A stretch of DNA of 63,302 nt, filler included, from Octopus bimaculoides (lineage: Eukaryota): NCBI RefSeq assembly GCF_001194135.2. It is 6 parts of 6 records of this genome, joined end to end, with 100 filler letters (N's around TTAATTAATTAA, not from the genome) between each part and the next. Parts side by side here need not be neighbours in the genome. Positions count along the whole stretch, not along the records: positions 1 to 14,570 come from NC_068986.1; 5 more parts are not named here. One strand, 5' to 3'. Shown here piece after piece: positions 1 through 12,129 of this stretch. Below the pieces are notes generated by a model. The model did no database searches, was not told where the DNA came from, and saw only the letters and a program-made list of their open reading frames with translations. A program made the translations under genes and the position numbers. Within the stretch, counting starts at the first letter, position 1, and every line of letters begins with the position of its first letter.

Positions 1-336
1 CCGATCAGCGGAACAGCCTGCTCGTGAAATTAACGTGCAAGTGGCTGAGCACTCCACAGACACGTGTACCCTTAACGTAGTTCTCTGGGATATTCAGCGT
101 GACACAGTGTGACAAGGCTGGCCCTTTGAATTACAGGCACAACAGAAACGGGAAGTAAGAGTGAGAGAAAGTTGTGGTGAAAGGGTACAGCAGGGTTCGC
201 CACCATCCCCTGCCGGAGCCTCGTGGAGCTTTAGGTGTTTTCGCTCAATAAACACTCACAACGCCCGGTCTGGGAATCGAAACCGCGATCCTATGACCGC
301 GTGTCGCTGCCCTAACCACTGAGCCATTGCGCCTCC
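1..336 (-). mobile_element. tRNA-derived SINE, family A (3' part runs off the window edge)
   Basis: The minus strand starts GGAGGCGCAATGGCTCAGTGGTTAGGGCAGC (A-box-like) ... GGTTTCGATTCC (B-box-like). The body is near-identical to copies at 8380, 28112 and 53027. Confidence 0.85.
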
Positions 337-689
337 ATGGTCAAACTATAACAACAACAATAGCAATAGCCGGTCTATTTTCCGAATGTATGAGAAAGTA
401 GGTAAGATTCTTTGTGGGAGACTGGCAGTTAGCCCCGCATAAAAGCCTCATTTTCACTCCGTCGATGTTTATTCAAAGCAAAGGTCGCCGGGCCGTCACA
501 GCTATGATCCAGCGTCGATACAGACGTTGCTGTGATAAAGGGCCGGAACGGGTACCGTGCGAGGCGGTGCTGATAATTTCCTAGCCTTTGGGTAAAAGAA
601 AATACAGGAGGAACAGTTAATTACGATTTTATTCCATTGATATAGAGCTGAGAACAAAACTGAACCTTAGTCCCCACTAAAATTGATAA

Positions 690-960
690 AGTATGCACTA
701 GATGTGATGGTGGATCTAGAAGGGAGCTCTCGATCCAAGAGACGACGAGTGATAGATGAAGCCCATGGGCAGAGATATTTGCCAGATCTGCATGCCAGCC
801 ACTGTCTCACACTTTGCTCATGTTGAGTGCAACTAAATTGCTTTCTCCAAATTTCCCAAGGACAAGGACCTGTTTTTGAGTGACATAGACGAACGAAACT
901 CAGTATCTTTGGTTCTACGGAAGCCGAACTGTTGGCCATTAAGGAAAGAAAAGGGTTTCG
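690..960 (-). mobile_element. Decayed LINE reverse-transcriptase fragment (Jockey/CR1-like)
   Basis: Manual translation with frameshift: QQFGFRR ... FGESNLVALNMSKV*DSGWH ... AHGL..VVSWIESSL. This resembles the RT motif QYGFR...ALDISKAFDRVWH...WIxSFL. Confidence 0.65.
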
Positions 961-1229
961 TTGTTTTAAAGCACGTGGTTGTTAGTAACTGTCTCTACCA
1001 GCTTTGAAGTCTCCTCGATTAAGGATCAGCAACAACAAAGACTTTGCAGAAGAGTTAACGAGTGAACTTCTTTGGAGTAACTCCACCTGCTAGAAATAAA
1101 AGTTAAATCCCACCTTCGAACGCCATCCAATTGTCTAAAAGAAGACTATTGCATTGGTTGATGTAATCCAAGATGTATTGTGTCAAGATAAAAAAAAAAT
1201 GAGAGATTGTCAATCAGAGCCGACCTGGA

Positions 1230-1551
1230 GTTAAATAAAAACAAGAAGAAACAAAAGAAAAATAAATAAATATATACAAACATAGTGGTTGTGGTGGAGA
1301 GGGGGGTGGGGGTGAATAAACATAAATAAGCGAACAAAGAGAGTGATGTTTTGAGGGGGTGGGGAGACAAGGAAAGAAAGACAAATAGAGAGACAGAAAG
1401 AAGGATAGAAAGAGAAGTAGAGAGTAAGAAAAGAAAAGAGTTTAAAAGAGGGGGAAAGAAGGAGAGAAAGAGTGAAAGGAATAAGGAAAGAAAGGAATAA
1501 AGAAAGAAAGGAATAAAGAAAGAAAGAAAGGAATAAAGAAAGAAAGGAATA

Positions 1552-1582
<31 letters not shown>

Positions 1583-1710
1583 GAAGAAAGAAAGAAAGAT
1601 GTATCTAAGGAGAAAGACAAAGAAAGACGACAACGAGAAAGTTAGAAAGAATACAAGAAGGAGAGAGGGGGGGAGAGAAAGAGAGAGAAAGAGAGAAAGT
1701 AAGTGAATAA
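1230..1710. repeat. Polypurine low-complexity tract with (GAAA)n/(GGAATAAAGAAA)n
   Basis: Seen directly; it explains the S/F/L-rich spurious ORFs. Confidence 0.9.
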
Positions 1711-2139
1711 GAGAGAAAGGAGAGATAACGAAATCCGTCCCACCCCAGTCCGGCACCCCTTCCATTGGATGAGATCATTTTTGAAAGACAAAGTTAGGAC
1801 GGAACCAAACTGGCGTTGGTGGCGAAAGGAATTGGAAGAACTTTACACTTCAGCTTCAAAAATGGTTGCTATTGTTGGCGATTTCCTTATAAGCAGACAA
1901 AATCTGGAAGAAACATTCCTTACTTTAAANNNNNNNNNNTTTTTGTTTTTTGTTTTTTTTTCAGATCTTCTTGTCAACGAATAGGTTTTCTTCTTTTTTT
2001 TTTTTAAATATTTAAATATTTTTATTAGATTTTCTTGTTTGTATGTTTTTAACTGGGAGTTTACAGATAAACATATGGTTGGTTAAGATTAATCTTGGTA
2101 GGTAGACAGATAGATGAATACATAGATAGATAGATAGGC

Positions 2140-2221
<82 letters not shown>

Positions 2222-2639
2222 AAGAAACTAATTTGGTTTCCAGATTGAAAAACAGACAGGCGTGTAAAGGAGTTTTTGTGAAATATAGACAGGGTAGTAT
2301 TCATGTGGAATATCGATAGACTGTTTGTTAGAGAGATGGTTATAAGCGCGAAATATAAATCGTTGCTATTTTGTAAAACTGTCGTATGTCCAAATTTGGG
2401 CAAATACGTTTTTTTCAATATTTATTTTTGCTTCTAATAGCCAGTTCCTTTGGTCAAACTGAAGGATTTCCAGCTGCTTTAGATGCAAAGATATCAACAA
2501 TTGTCAAAGAGTAGTACAACGGTTTTGCCAAGGAATGGTGAAACTATTTTTTCGTTTTCTTAAAAAAAAAAAAAAGCAACGTTTTGGACTTACGACACTT
2601 TTGCATAATAGCAACGAAATAGATACAGAATTGGAAGGA

Positions 2640-2796
2640 TTGCGTTCCTGTGTGGGAAGAATCTTGCTTTCCAACCGCATGGCTCCGGCTTCAATCCCAT
2701 TGCGTGGCACCTTGGGAAAGTGCCTTCTACTATAGCCTCGATCGACCAGAGCTTTGTGAGTGGATTAAGTAGACGGAAACTGAGAGAAGACCGTCG

Positions 2797-2834
<38 letters not shown>
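2640..2834 (+). mobile_element. SINE family B, 5' half (tRNA-like head, CORE-like box) followed by (TATC)n
   Basis: Contains TGGCACCTTGGGAAAGTGCCTT and TTGTGAGTGGATT..GTAGACGGAAACTGA, matching copies at 3369, 52046 and 56567. Confidence 0.75.
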
Positions 2835-3368
2835 NNNNNNNNNNNNNNNNNNNNNNNNNNNNNNNNNNNNNNNNNNNNNNNNNNNNNNNNNNNNNNNNNN
2901 NNNNNNNNNNNNNNNNNNNNNNNNNNNNNNNNNNTATGTATATTTGTGTGTGTTAAAGAGACAGATAAGTCCCGAAAGCATCAATTCCTATTCATAACTA
3001 CACAGAGAGAGATCGATAAAGACATAAATATTGATTTCTGATACAGGTACAAAGCTACACATTTTTAGGAAGAAGAAAGGAATATTCGATTATATTGATC
3101 GCAGTAATTATCCCCATTCATTCATTTATTTCATATGACAATTTGTGATGAATAGCAGCTTAGCTTCCATCTTGTCAACTGGTCAATCATTGGTTTTACT
3201 AAGTGGCCTTCGTCCGAAAGGGCGCCGGGTTTTCGACACTGAAACGCACTCCATAGAATGTATTTCTTCTAAATTTCTTATCTTGTACCAGACAATGCTT
3301 AATCACTCTATGGCGTATAACCACGTATGCTAAGCACCATATATATATGTATTAACTATACCTATACT

Positions 3369-3540
3369 ATAGGCGCAGCGTGGCTGGGTGACAAGAAGCT
3401 TGCTTCCTAACCTCGTGGCTCCAGGTTCAGTCCCGCTGCGTGGCACCTTGGGCAAGAGTCTTCTACTATAACCTCGGGCGTCGACCAAAGCCTTGTGAGT
3501 GGATTTGGTAGACGGAAATTTAAAGAAACCTGTAGTGTAC

Positions 3541-3588
<48 letters not shown>

Positions 3589-3665
3589 ATATATATATAT
3601 AAATATGTTTGTATACATGTGTGTGTGCTTGTGTGTGTATATATATGTGTGTGTTTGTGTATGGT
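3369..3665 (+). mobile_element. SINE family B, 5' half plus TA/TG microsatellite
   Basis: ATAGGCGCAG.GTGGCT...GGTTCAGTCCC...GTGGCACCTTGGGCAAG...GTAGACGGAAA, followed by (TA)n(TG)n. Confidence 0.8.
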
Positions 3666-3684
3666 CTAACCAGTTGTTAGTCCA

Positions 3685-4060
3685 CTACAAGGGTCAACAG
3701 GCGCCCATACCTGAATATTGATCCTCCATCTTGGATTGATTGGTAAGAATTCCATCAGCAATAGACTTCGACCACAGATGGTGCTGCTTCTTATGCCTCT
3801 CTTTTGTTTCACTTCTACAATGGCCCCTGATCCTCTGAACAAACTGCACACCCTCAACACTCAGACTTAGTCATCTTACCCCTTCAAATCATTCTTTCTT
3901 CGCCCCATCAGTCTTACAAGTCCCACATCGCACTACACACAACATCCAATCTTTCCTCCCCACAACAGTGGCCCTCTGAAATTCATTCCCGGATAAAATT
4001 TCACCTCTATACACTTACCTAGAAATTCCGAGATGCAATCCCTTTAATATTATTTGCCTC
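3685..4060 (+). mobile_element. Highly decayed LINE ORF2 3' fragment
   Basis: YKGQQAPIPEY*SSILD and HFYNGP*SSE resemble the LINE C-terminal motifs YKxxxRPxxEYxSxxW and YYxGxCSxEL. There are many disruptions. Confidence 0.4.
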
Positions 4061-4287
4061 GGGCGACCTACAAATGGTTTCTGCCCCTCTCCCAGCTGAC
4101 TAATATTAAATAAAGAAACTGAACCGCGAATCGAAACAGGACCAGCGTCTCAACTCATATGGAGTTTATCTTGTTTATTTTCTTAGTGACTGGCTAACCA
4201 TACTGCACACAATACATTTGTACAACACTTCTAAATTATCCATCTTCTAAACAATAATCCCTTCTCAATGTCTAAATGTCCAATTTA

Positions 4288-4515
4288 TTGGGTTGTCCGG
4301 AAAGTTCTTGCCGATTTTTAAAGGAAAGAAAAAGGTCAATGAATACTTGCCATTACATTTTTAATCAACCAAATATGAACCATTTTGTTGCACAATGCGT
4401 CTCCATCCTTCCTTAAACTTGAAAATACCCTCTTCCCAGAATTGAGGTGGTTTCATGGCAAATAAGTCGAAAAGTAAGCTACTATAAATCGGCACGAACT
4501 TTCCGGACAACCCAA
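4288..4515 (-). mobile_element. Internally deleted mariner element (MITE-like, 228 bp)
   Basis: Terminal inverted repeats (TA)TTGGGTTGTCCGGAAAGTTCtTGCCGATTT / AAATCGGCAcGAACTTTCCGGACAACCCAA(TA) have 1 mismatch and are flanked by TA. The interior encodes a transposase C-terminus, FWEEGIFKFKEGWRRIVQQNGSYLVD*. Confidence 0.9.
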
Positions 4516-6401
4516 TATATAATTATCAAAGATATTGAGCTGTGTCATTGTCGCTTTTGCCGAGACTGTTGTAGCTGTTATTGCAGTAACGCTTGCTGTT
4601 GTGTAATCCTCAAATTGATCCTGATCGATGGCGCTTATCATCAAAAATATTCCAATAGTGTCGTTTCTATCTTTTTTTAAAGGTATCAGTATCATAAACA
4701 TGCCCGTCTCTTTTCTAAGGCAGTGAAATGTGCTTTGATGAAGATTGGCTGCTATTTCAGACGGCATGGAGGATCCGTCGTTGGCTGGTGTAACCAAATC
4801 AAATTTGCCTTTTATCTTTCGGGCCCGATAAAAGAAATACCAGTCATACATTGGTGTCAAATATAATCTATTATACCATGATCAAGCTGTTATGACCTTT
4901 ATTCAGTTATGCCTCATCCTTGTTAACAACAAATTCCGTTAAATATCCCCCAGGCTTTCTTCTAGTACCAGGGTCACCACTAAGAGGGCAGCGACTCTTA
5001 AGTGTATCACTGAAATATTGTACGCGAACTTCGAGTCTTTACTAATACGTTTTAGAAAATTAATGCATTTATGGCCAGTTGAACAGTTGATGGCTTTTAG
5101 ATAGAAAAGAGTCCTTTGTGCCGCGATTTGTCGAAGTTTTGATTACATAAACATTAACAGTGATGCGAATGACGGTGGTGGTGGTGGTGGTGGGGAGAAG
5201 TATATTTAACAGACGACAGAATTTGAATGTGGGACACGTAAGGAAGAAAAACAAAAAAGAAAGAAAACCAAAAAATGGGCCATTAGAGAAAAGAGTTGAG
5301 GATCCCTGCTCTAAGAAGCGAACGCAAAAAGACAGAGGCATTGTATTTTGACCAAAGTCTTTTAAGAATGTTAAGGAACATGGCAAATGAGAAGTGTCAA
5401 ACGCCTTAACAGATTTATTATTAAATTGTCTTTCGTTATAGTTCAATTTCTCTCTCTCTCTCTGCATATAGATATGTGTGTGTGTGTGTGTGTGTATGTG
5501 TGTGTGTATGTGTGTGTGTGTGTGTGTGTGTGTTTGACTCCTTATCGTTAGAAGGATGCTGATGGTATCGAAGTAAATCTAAATACAAGCGACTCTTTAT
5601 TAAGTCGTCTGCGTAACAACAGCAGATTCATTAATATTTCATCATCATTTTAGAACGATATATGTGTGTGTGTCAGTGTGGGTATATACANNNNNNNNNN
5701 NNNNNNNNNNNNNNNNNNNNNNNNNNNNNNNNNNNNNNNNNNNNNNNNNNNNNNNNNNNNNNNNNNNNNNNNNNNNNNNNNNNNNNNNNNNNNNNNNNNN
5801 NNNNNNNNNNNNNNNNNNNNNNNNNNNNNNNNNNNNNNNNNNNNNNNNNNNNNNNNNNNNNNNNNNNNNNNNNNNNNNNNNNNNNNNNNNNNNNNNNNNN
5901 NNNNNNNNNNNNNNNNNNNNNNNNNNNNNNNNNNNNNNNNNNNNNNNNNNNNNNNNNNNNNNNNNNNNNNNNNNNNNNNNNNNNNNNNNNNNNNNNNNNN
6001 NNNNNNNNNNNNNNNNNNNNNNNNNNNNNNNNNNNNNNNNNNNNNNNNNNNNNNNNNNNNNNNNNNNNNNNNNNNNNNNNNNNNNNNNNNNNNNNNNNNN
6101 NNNNNNNNNNNNNNNNNNNNNNNNNNNNNNNNNNNNNNNNNNNNNNNNNNNNNNNNNNNNNNNNNNNNNNNNNNNNNNNNNNNNNNNNNNNNNNNNNNNN
6201 NNNNNNNNNNNNNNNNNNNNNNNNNNNNNNNNNNNNNNNNNNNNNNNNNNNNNNNNNNNNNNNNNNNNNNNNNNNNNNNNNNNNNNNNNNNNNNNNNNNN
6301 NNNNNNNNNNNNNNNNNNNNNNNNNNNNNNNNNNNNNNNNNNNNNNNNNNNNNNNNNNNNNNNNNNNNNNNNNNNNNNNNNNNNNNNNNNNNNNNNNNNN
6401 N

Positions 6402-6445
<44 letters not shown>

Positions 6446-6602
6446 AAGGACTAGGCCTCCATCAAGGGTGAAAACAGATTTAAACAAGATACTCAATAAA
6501 ACGGGTCAACGAAGGGGACACAATATTGTCACTCGACCTGCTAGAAATAGCAACTAAATTTTCATAAAATCTAACCTTATTTTTCTGGCTAACACTTGGT
6601 AA

Positions 6603-7410
6603 TACAAGGTGCGGCAAAAAGACCTGACATATTTGTTGGTTTGATAAAAGCAAAAATGAGTAAAGAATGAAAAATGTTTCTATTTTCGAAATCTATATAT
6701 AATGCCATTTTGTTTCGTTTGGTTTTCAAAGTGAAATCAGTCAAGTGGGTGCCGTTACTGTCCACAGACTGTCGAAGGCGTTCACGAAAGTTGTCTATAA
6801 TTTGAATGGTCATTTCATGTGGAATGGCAGCAATTTCTTGAATGGCACCTTTTAATTGTTCAGTAGATCGAGGGCGATGAGTGTATACTTCTGATTTCAG
6901 GTATCCCCACAGAAAAAAATGGCACGGGTTCAAATCAGGTGATCGGGTGTACTAACCGATGTCACTGTGCAATGAGATCAAATGACCGGGGAACATCACC
7001 CTCAAAATTCTCATCGCACATCGAGAAGTGTGCGCTGTTGCCCCATCCTGTTGAAACCAAACATTGTCCCTGTCGTTATGTTTATTCAATTTGGGTTACA
7101 GAAAAATCTCTAGCATCGCAGAATATCGATCAGAGTTCACAGTCACTGTAACATTGTCTTCTTCGAAGAAGAACAAACCCCCAAATGCTGAAATCTGCTG
7201 CTGCGGAATTTCGAGTAGGTACGGGCTCATGTTTACCAAGCCTGAACGGCACACGGAACGCTCTTCGTGTTGCAGTTATGAATTCGTTGTTCTTGATAAA
7301 CGTTTCCACAATGAAAGTGCAATGCTCGCCCGTCCAATTCTTGTTGGCAACTGAAAACGAAATGAAACAAAACGTCACAAATGACACTAAATGAAACAAA
7401 ATGGCGTTAT
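6603..7410 (-). mobile_element. Internally deleted, inactive rosa/DD41D-type Tc1/mariner transposon
   Basis: N-terminus NWTGEHCTFIVETFIKNNE...AFR. The catalytic region WFQQDGATAHT...SPDLNPC(H)FFLWGYLKSEVY has exactly 41 residues between the second D and the position of the third D, which is mutated to H. There is an in-frame TAG. Confidence 0.85.
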
Positions 7411-7423
7411 ATGTAAATTTCGA

Positions 7424-7670
7424 CGCGTTGTGTCCTTGAGCAAGACACTTTATTTCACGTTGCTCCAGTCCACTCAGCTGGCGAAAATGAGTAGTACCTG
7501 TATTTCAAAGGGCCAACCTTGTCACACACTGTGTCACGCTGAATATCCCCGAGAACTACGTTAAGGGTACACGTGTCTGTGGAGTGCTCAGCCACTTGCA
7601 CGTTAATTTCACGAGCAAGCTGTTCCGTTGATCGGATCAACTGGAACCCTCGACGTCGTAAGCGACGGAG
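7424..7670 (+). mobile_element. SINE sharing the family A 3' body but with a different central (CORE-like) segment; 5'-truncated
   Basis: GCGTTGTGTCCTTGAGCAAGACACTTTATTTCAC... joins the family A body at CCTGTATTTCAAAGGG and ends in GTCGTAAGCGACGGAGTGC. Confidence 0.8.
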
Positions 7671-7892
7671 TGCTCCTTTTATATCTAATCAACCCTCTCA
7701 TCAGACACAGTTTTAATAATCATCGTGTTTTCCCATCCGTTATCATGGCTTCAACCACATTATCATATATTTTCACCCTCATTATCACTTACACAATCAT
7801 CACAGTCGTATGTGGCCCCTCATTATCATATACATAATAACTCTCATTATATTATATGATCAACATCATTTTTTTTTCCCTAATATACTTTG

Positions 7893-8080
7893 ACTCTCCA
7901 TCGGTTACGACGACGAGGGTTCCGATCAACGGAATTGATCCGATCAACGGAACAGCCTGCTCGTGAAATTAACGTGCAAGTGGCTGAGTACTCCACAGAC
8001 ACGCGTACCCTTAATGTAGTTCTACGGGGGATTCAACATAACACAGAATGTGACAAGACTAGCAATTTGAAATACAGTTT
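7893..8080 (-). mobile_element. SINE family A, 3' fragment
   Basis: Matches the family A 3' body, with a local duplication of GATCAACGGAA. Confidence 0.75.
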
Positions 8081-8153
8081 AAACTTATTTTTGCCAGCAA
8101 ATGATAACATTAAATGTACAGATAAAGTCAACATCATTGTTATAAGCGGAAAC

Positions 8154-8340
8154 AAGGCGGCGGCGAGCTGGCAGAGTGGTTAGCACGCCGGGCGAAATGC
8201 TTAGCAGTATTTCATCTGCTGCTACGTCTTGAGTTCAAATTCCACCGAGGTCGACTTTGCTTTTATACCGTTCGGGGTCGATAAAATAAGTACCAGTTAC
8301 GCACTGGCGACAATGTAATCAACTTAATCCCCTTCCCCCA
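8154..8340 (+). mobile_element. tRNA-derived SINE, family C
   Basis: Head AAGGCGGCGAGCTGGCAGA...TTAGCA, B-box-like GAGTTCAAATTCC, central GTCGACTTTGC...GGGGTCGATAAAATAAGTACCAGTT. Confidence 0.8.
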
Positions 8341-8379
8341 GGCTGCTCTTGTGGCAGCCTGGGGAAGGGGATTATTATG

Positions 8380-8692
8380 ACCGTTGTTGTTGGCACTCCG
8401 TCGCTTACGACGACGAGGGCTCCAGTTGATCCGATCAACGGAACAGCCTGCTCGTGAAATTAACGTGCAAGTGGCTGAGCACTCCACAGACACGTGTACC
8501 CTTAACGTAGTTCTCGAGGATATTCAGCGTGACACAGTGTGACAAGGCTGACCGTTTGAATTACAGGCACAACAGAAACAGGAAGTAAGAGTGAGAGAAA
8601 GTTGTGGTGAAAGAGTACAGTAGGGTTCGCCACCATCCCCTGCCGGAGCCTCGTGGAGCTTTAGGTGTTTTCGCTCAATAAACACTCACAAC
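8380..8692 (-). mobile_element. SINE family A with (CAA)n tail; 5' end in a gap
   Basis: Near-identical to 1-336 and 28112-28486; the tail reads GTTGTTGTTGGCACTCC on the plus strand. Confidence 0.85.
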
Positions 8693-9659
8693 NNNNNNNN
8701 NNNNNNNNNNNNNNNNNNNNNNNNNNNNNNNNNNNNNNNNNNNNNNNNNNNNNNNNNNNNNNNNNNNNNNNNNNNNNNNNNNNNNNNNNNNNNNNNNNNN
8801 NNNNNNNNNNNNNNNNNNNNNNNNNNNNNNNNNNNNNNNNNNNNNNNNNNNNNNNNNNNNNNNNNNNNNNNNNNNNNNNNNNNNNNNNNNNNNNNNNNNN
8901 NNNNNNNNNNNNNNNNNNNNNNNNNNNNNNNNNNNNNNNNNNNNNNNNNNNNNNNNNNNNNNNNNNNNNNNNNNNNNNNNNNNNNNNNNNNNNNNNNNNN
9001 NNNNNNNNNNNNNNNNNNNNNNNNNNNNNNNNNNNNNNNNNNNNNNNNNNNNNNNNNNNNNNNNNNNNNNNNNNNNNNNNNNNNNNNNNNNNNNNNNNNN
9101 NNNNNNNNNNNNNNNNNNNNNNNNNNNNNNNNNNNNNNNNNNNNNNNNNNNNNNNNNNNNNNNNNNNNNNNNNNNNNNNNNNNNNNNNNNNNNNNNNNNN
9201 NNNNNNNNNNNNNNNNNNNNNNNNNNNNNNNNNNNNNNNNNNNNNNNNNNNNNNNNNNNNNNNNNNNNNNNNNNNNNNNNNNNNNNNNNNNNNNNNNNNN
9301 NNNNNNNNNNNNNNNNNNNNNNNNNNNNNNNNNNNNNNNNNNNNNNNNNNNNNNNNNNNNNNNNNNNNNNNNNNNNNNNNNNNNNNNNNNNNACACACAC
9401 ACACACACACACACGTACATACATACATACATACATACATACATGTATATACATACATACATATATACATACACAAACAACGTACATACACACATACATA
9501 TATAAATACATACTTACATACACATACATAATACATACATACATACACACGTACATACATACATACACACATATACATAATACACGCGTACATACCTACA
9601 CACATACCCACATGCATACATGCATACATGCATACAGACATACATCCATGCATATATAC

Positions 9660-10070
9660 ACACTGTGTCCCTCGTTTCCTATATCTCTCTATCTCTAACC
9701 TTTTCCTCCTCCCCTCCTCCTCTTTTTCCTCCCTCCCCTCCTCCTCTTTTTCCTCCCTCCCCTCCTCCTCTTTTTCCTCCCCCCTCCTCTTTTTCCTCCC
9801 TCCCTCTCTGTATATATTTCCCATTCTCTACAATTCCCCCTCTCCAACCCTTGCTATCCTGCACATTCTAATGTTGTTTCTCCTCCATCCGTTCTCTCCT
9901 TCTTTATTCCTCCTCTTCTTCTTTATTTCCCCACATTTCCTCCTCTCACACGCCTCTTTTTCTGCTTCTCTCTCTCACTCTCTCTCTCTCTTCCTCTGCT
10001 TTCTTTTTCGTACTACTGTACCCTCTCTTTCTTTCACTAGACTCTTTCGTCGTGCTCCCTCCTCTTCCAC
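9660..10070. repeat. Polypyrimidine tract with about three 24-bp units (CCCCTCCTCCTCTTTTTCCTCCCT)
   Basis: Seen directly. Confidence 0.8.
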
Positions 10071-10706
10071 ACACATGATGCTGAGTACTTTACGAGGCAT
10101 TCACAACGACAAAGGACGAATTAAACCGCAGTTGATACAAATATCCCTGCTCTCAGAATGTTTGTCTGACTCGGTTGAATTTAATGTTTTAATTGGAATT
10201 CGTGAATTGCTTTTGACTTCTCTTATCTTTATCCGTTCCATATATACATGCATTATATACACATAGACACATGCATATACATACATACGTATATATATAT
10301 ATATATNNNNNNNNNNNNNNNNNNNNNNNNNNNNNNNNNNNNNNNNNNNNNNNNNNNNNNNNNNNNNNNNNNNNNNNNNNNNNNNNNNNNNNNNNNNNNN
10401 NNNNNNNNNNNNNNNNNNNNNNNNNNNNNNNNNNNNNNNNNNNNNNNNNNNNNNNNNNNNNNNNNNNNNNNNNNNNNNNNNNNNNNNNNNNNNNNNNNNN
10501 NNNNNNNNNNNNNNNNNNNNNNNNNNNNNNNNNNNNNNNNNNNNNNNNNNNNNNNNNNNNNNNNNNNNNNNNNNNNNNNNNNNNNNNNNNNNNNNNNNNN
10601 NNNNNNNNNNNNNNNNNNNNNNNNNNNNNNNNNNNNNNNNNNNNNNNNNNNNNNNNNGAGAGGGGGGAAGTAGACGATATACAATGGCAAAGGTGAAATA
10701 TATTTA

Positions 10707-10806
10707 AATAGCAAGACACAATCACACATAGTTATAGAAAGGATGAGATAAGCATTTGAATAGCAAGACACAATCACACATAGTTATAGAAAGGATGAGA
10801 TAAGCA
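10707..10806. repeat. Tandem duplication, period 52 bp (48 nt identical)
   Basis: AATAGCAAGACACAATCACACATAGTTATAGAAAGGATGAGATAAGCA occurs at 10707 and 10759. Confidence 0.9.
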
Positions 10807-11497
10807 GAGGATGATGGAGAGACAGATATGTATATATATATATATAGGTATATGTGTGTGTGTGTGTGTATGTGTGTGTGTTTGTGTGTGTGTGTGTTTG
10901 TGTATTCCTGTTCTACGTATACAGGCGTTGCCCACCATGGACCTCCATACAAAGTCAGAAAATTCATAATTTTTCTTGTCAAAGCTACACCATTGGTTTC
11001 TCCTTGATGCCTTCTGCCATTTTATTTACAGTTGTCTCTGCTGGTCCCCTGCTCTTCTGAGCTTACCTTTGAGGCACTGGGCCTTTTTTAGCCCTTACGA
11101 GGGTAGATAGACGGACTGATAGAACCTCTATAAAGGTTCTATTAGTCCTATATAACTTCTATAGAACATCTATCTACCTCTATAGAGGTAGATAGAACCC
11201 TCGTAGATAGAAGGACTGGCCCACATGGCATCAGAGCATGTCCACACACCGATGGGCCTTTGTAACACATGCCTTGGTGTGGTCAGTCCTTCGTCGAGTC
11301 ATCTACACCTTATCTAAAGGACCTGCTCCAGCTCTCTGATCCATAATTAGGCCATTGGCAAGGGCTTCCACTTCAATCTAATGTAGATCTAGGGGTAGTG
11401 GTGAGTAAGGAGTAATAACTTACTCTCTCAAACTCTTCAACTTCAAAATTGGGATCTCACCACTGAATGTAGTTTAATGCCCTGCTGAAGAGGACAA

Positions 11498-11551
<54 letters not shown>

Positions 11552-12129
11552 CCTATCTACCTACCTATCTATCTATCTATCTATCTATATATCTATCTAT
11601 CTATCGATCTATCTATCGATCTATCTATCGATCTATCTATCTATCTATGACGATGTAGTCCTTTAGTGATAACACATTGTGACTCAAAGCTTATATCCAT
11701 GGATCCTAGGTTCTCCAGCTGACAGAAATGAAACCAGTTACAAGAATATAACATTTTAACTGCTGTTTTTTCTCTATATCGTTTCGTGTGCTGCATTATG
11801 GGGCTGAATATGTACGAATTTGGAACACTCCTCGTGTATTAATATTTCTTGTCAAGTAGGAGTTACTTTGTTTTGACTTAAGAATAATGGGGGTAAAACC
11901 TGTGGAGTATGGGGACATTTAATTATACTGCTTTGTAGTAATAAGGATGGAAAGTAAATAAGTTGAAATTATGTAACAATAAGTGTATTTTCGTGAGTTA
12001 CTGTCAGTGATTAATGATATATACATAACAGATGGATACTATAAAGATAAATGTTATAATTGAGTAGATAGAATTGTGATTGCTCCTGACAAATAGTTAA
12101 GTATTGTTCCATTCCGTCAAACAGTGGTA

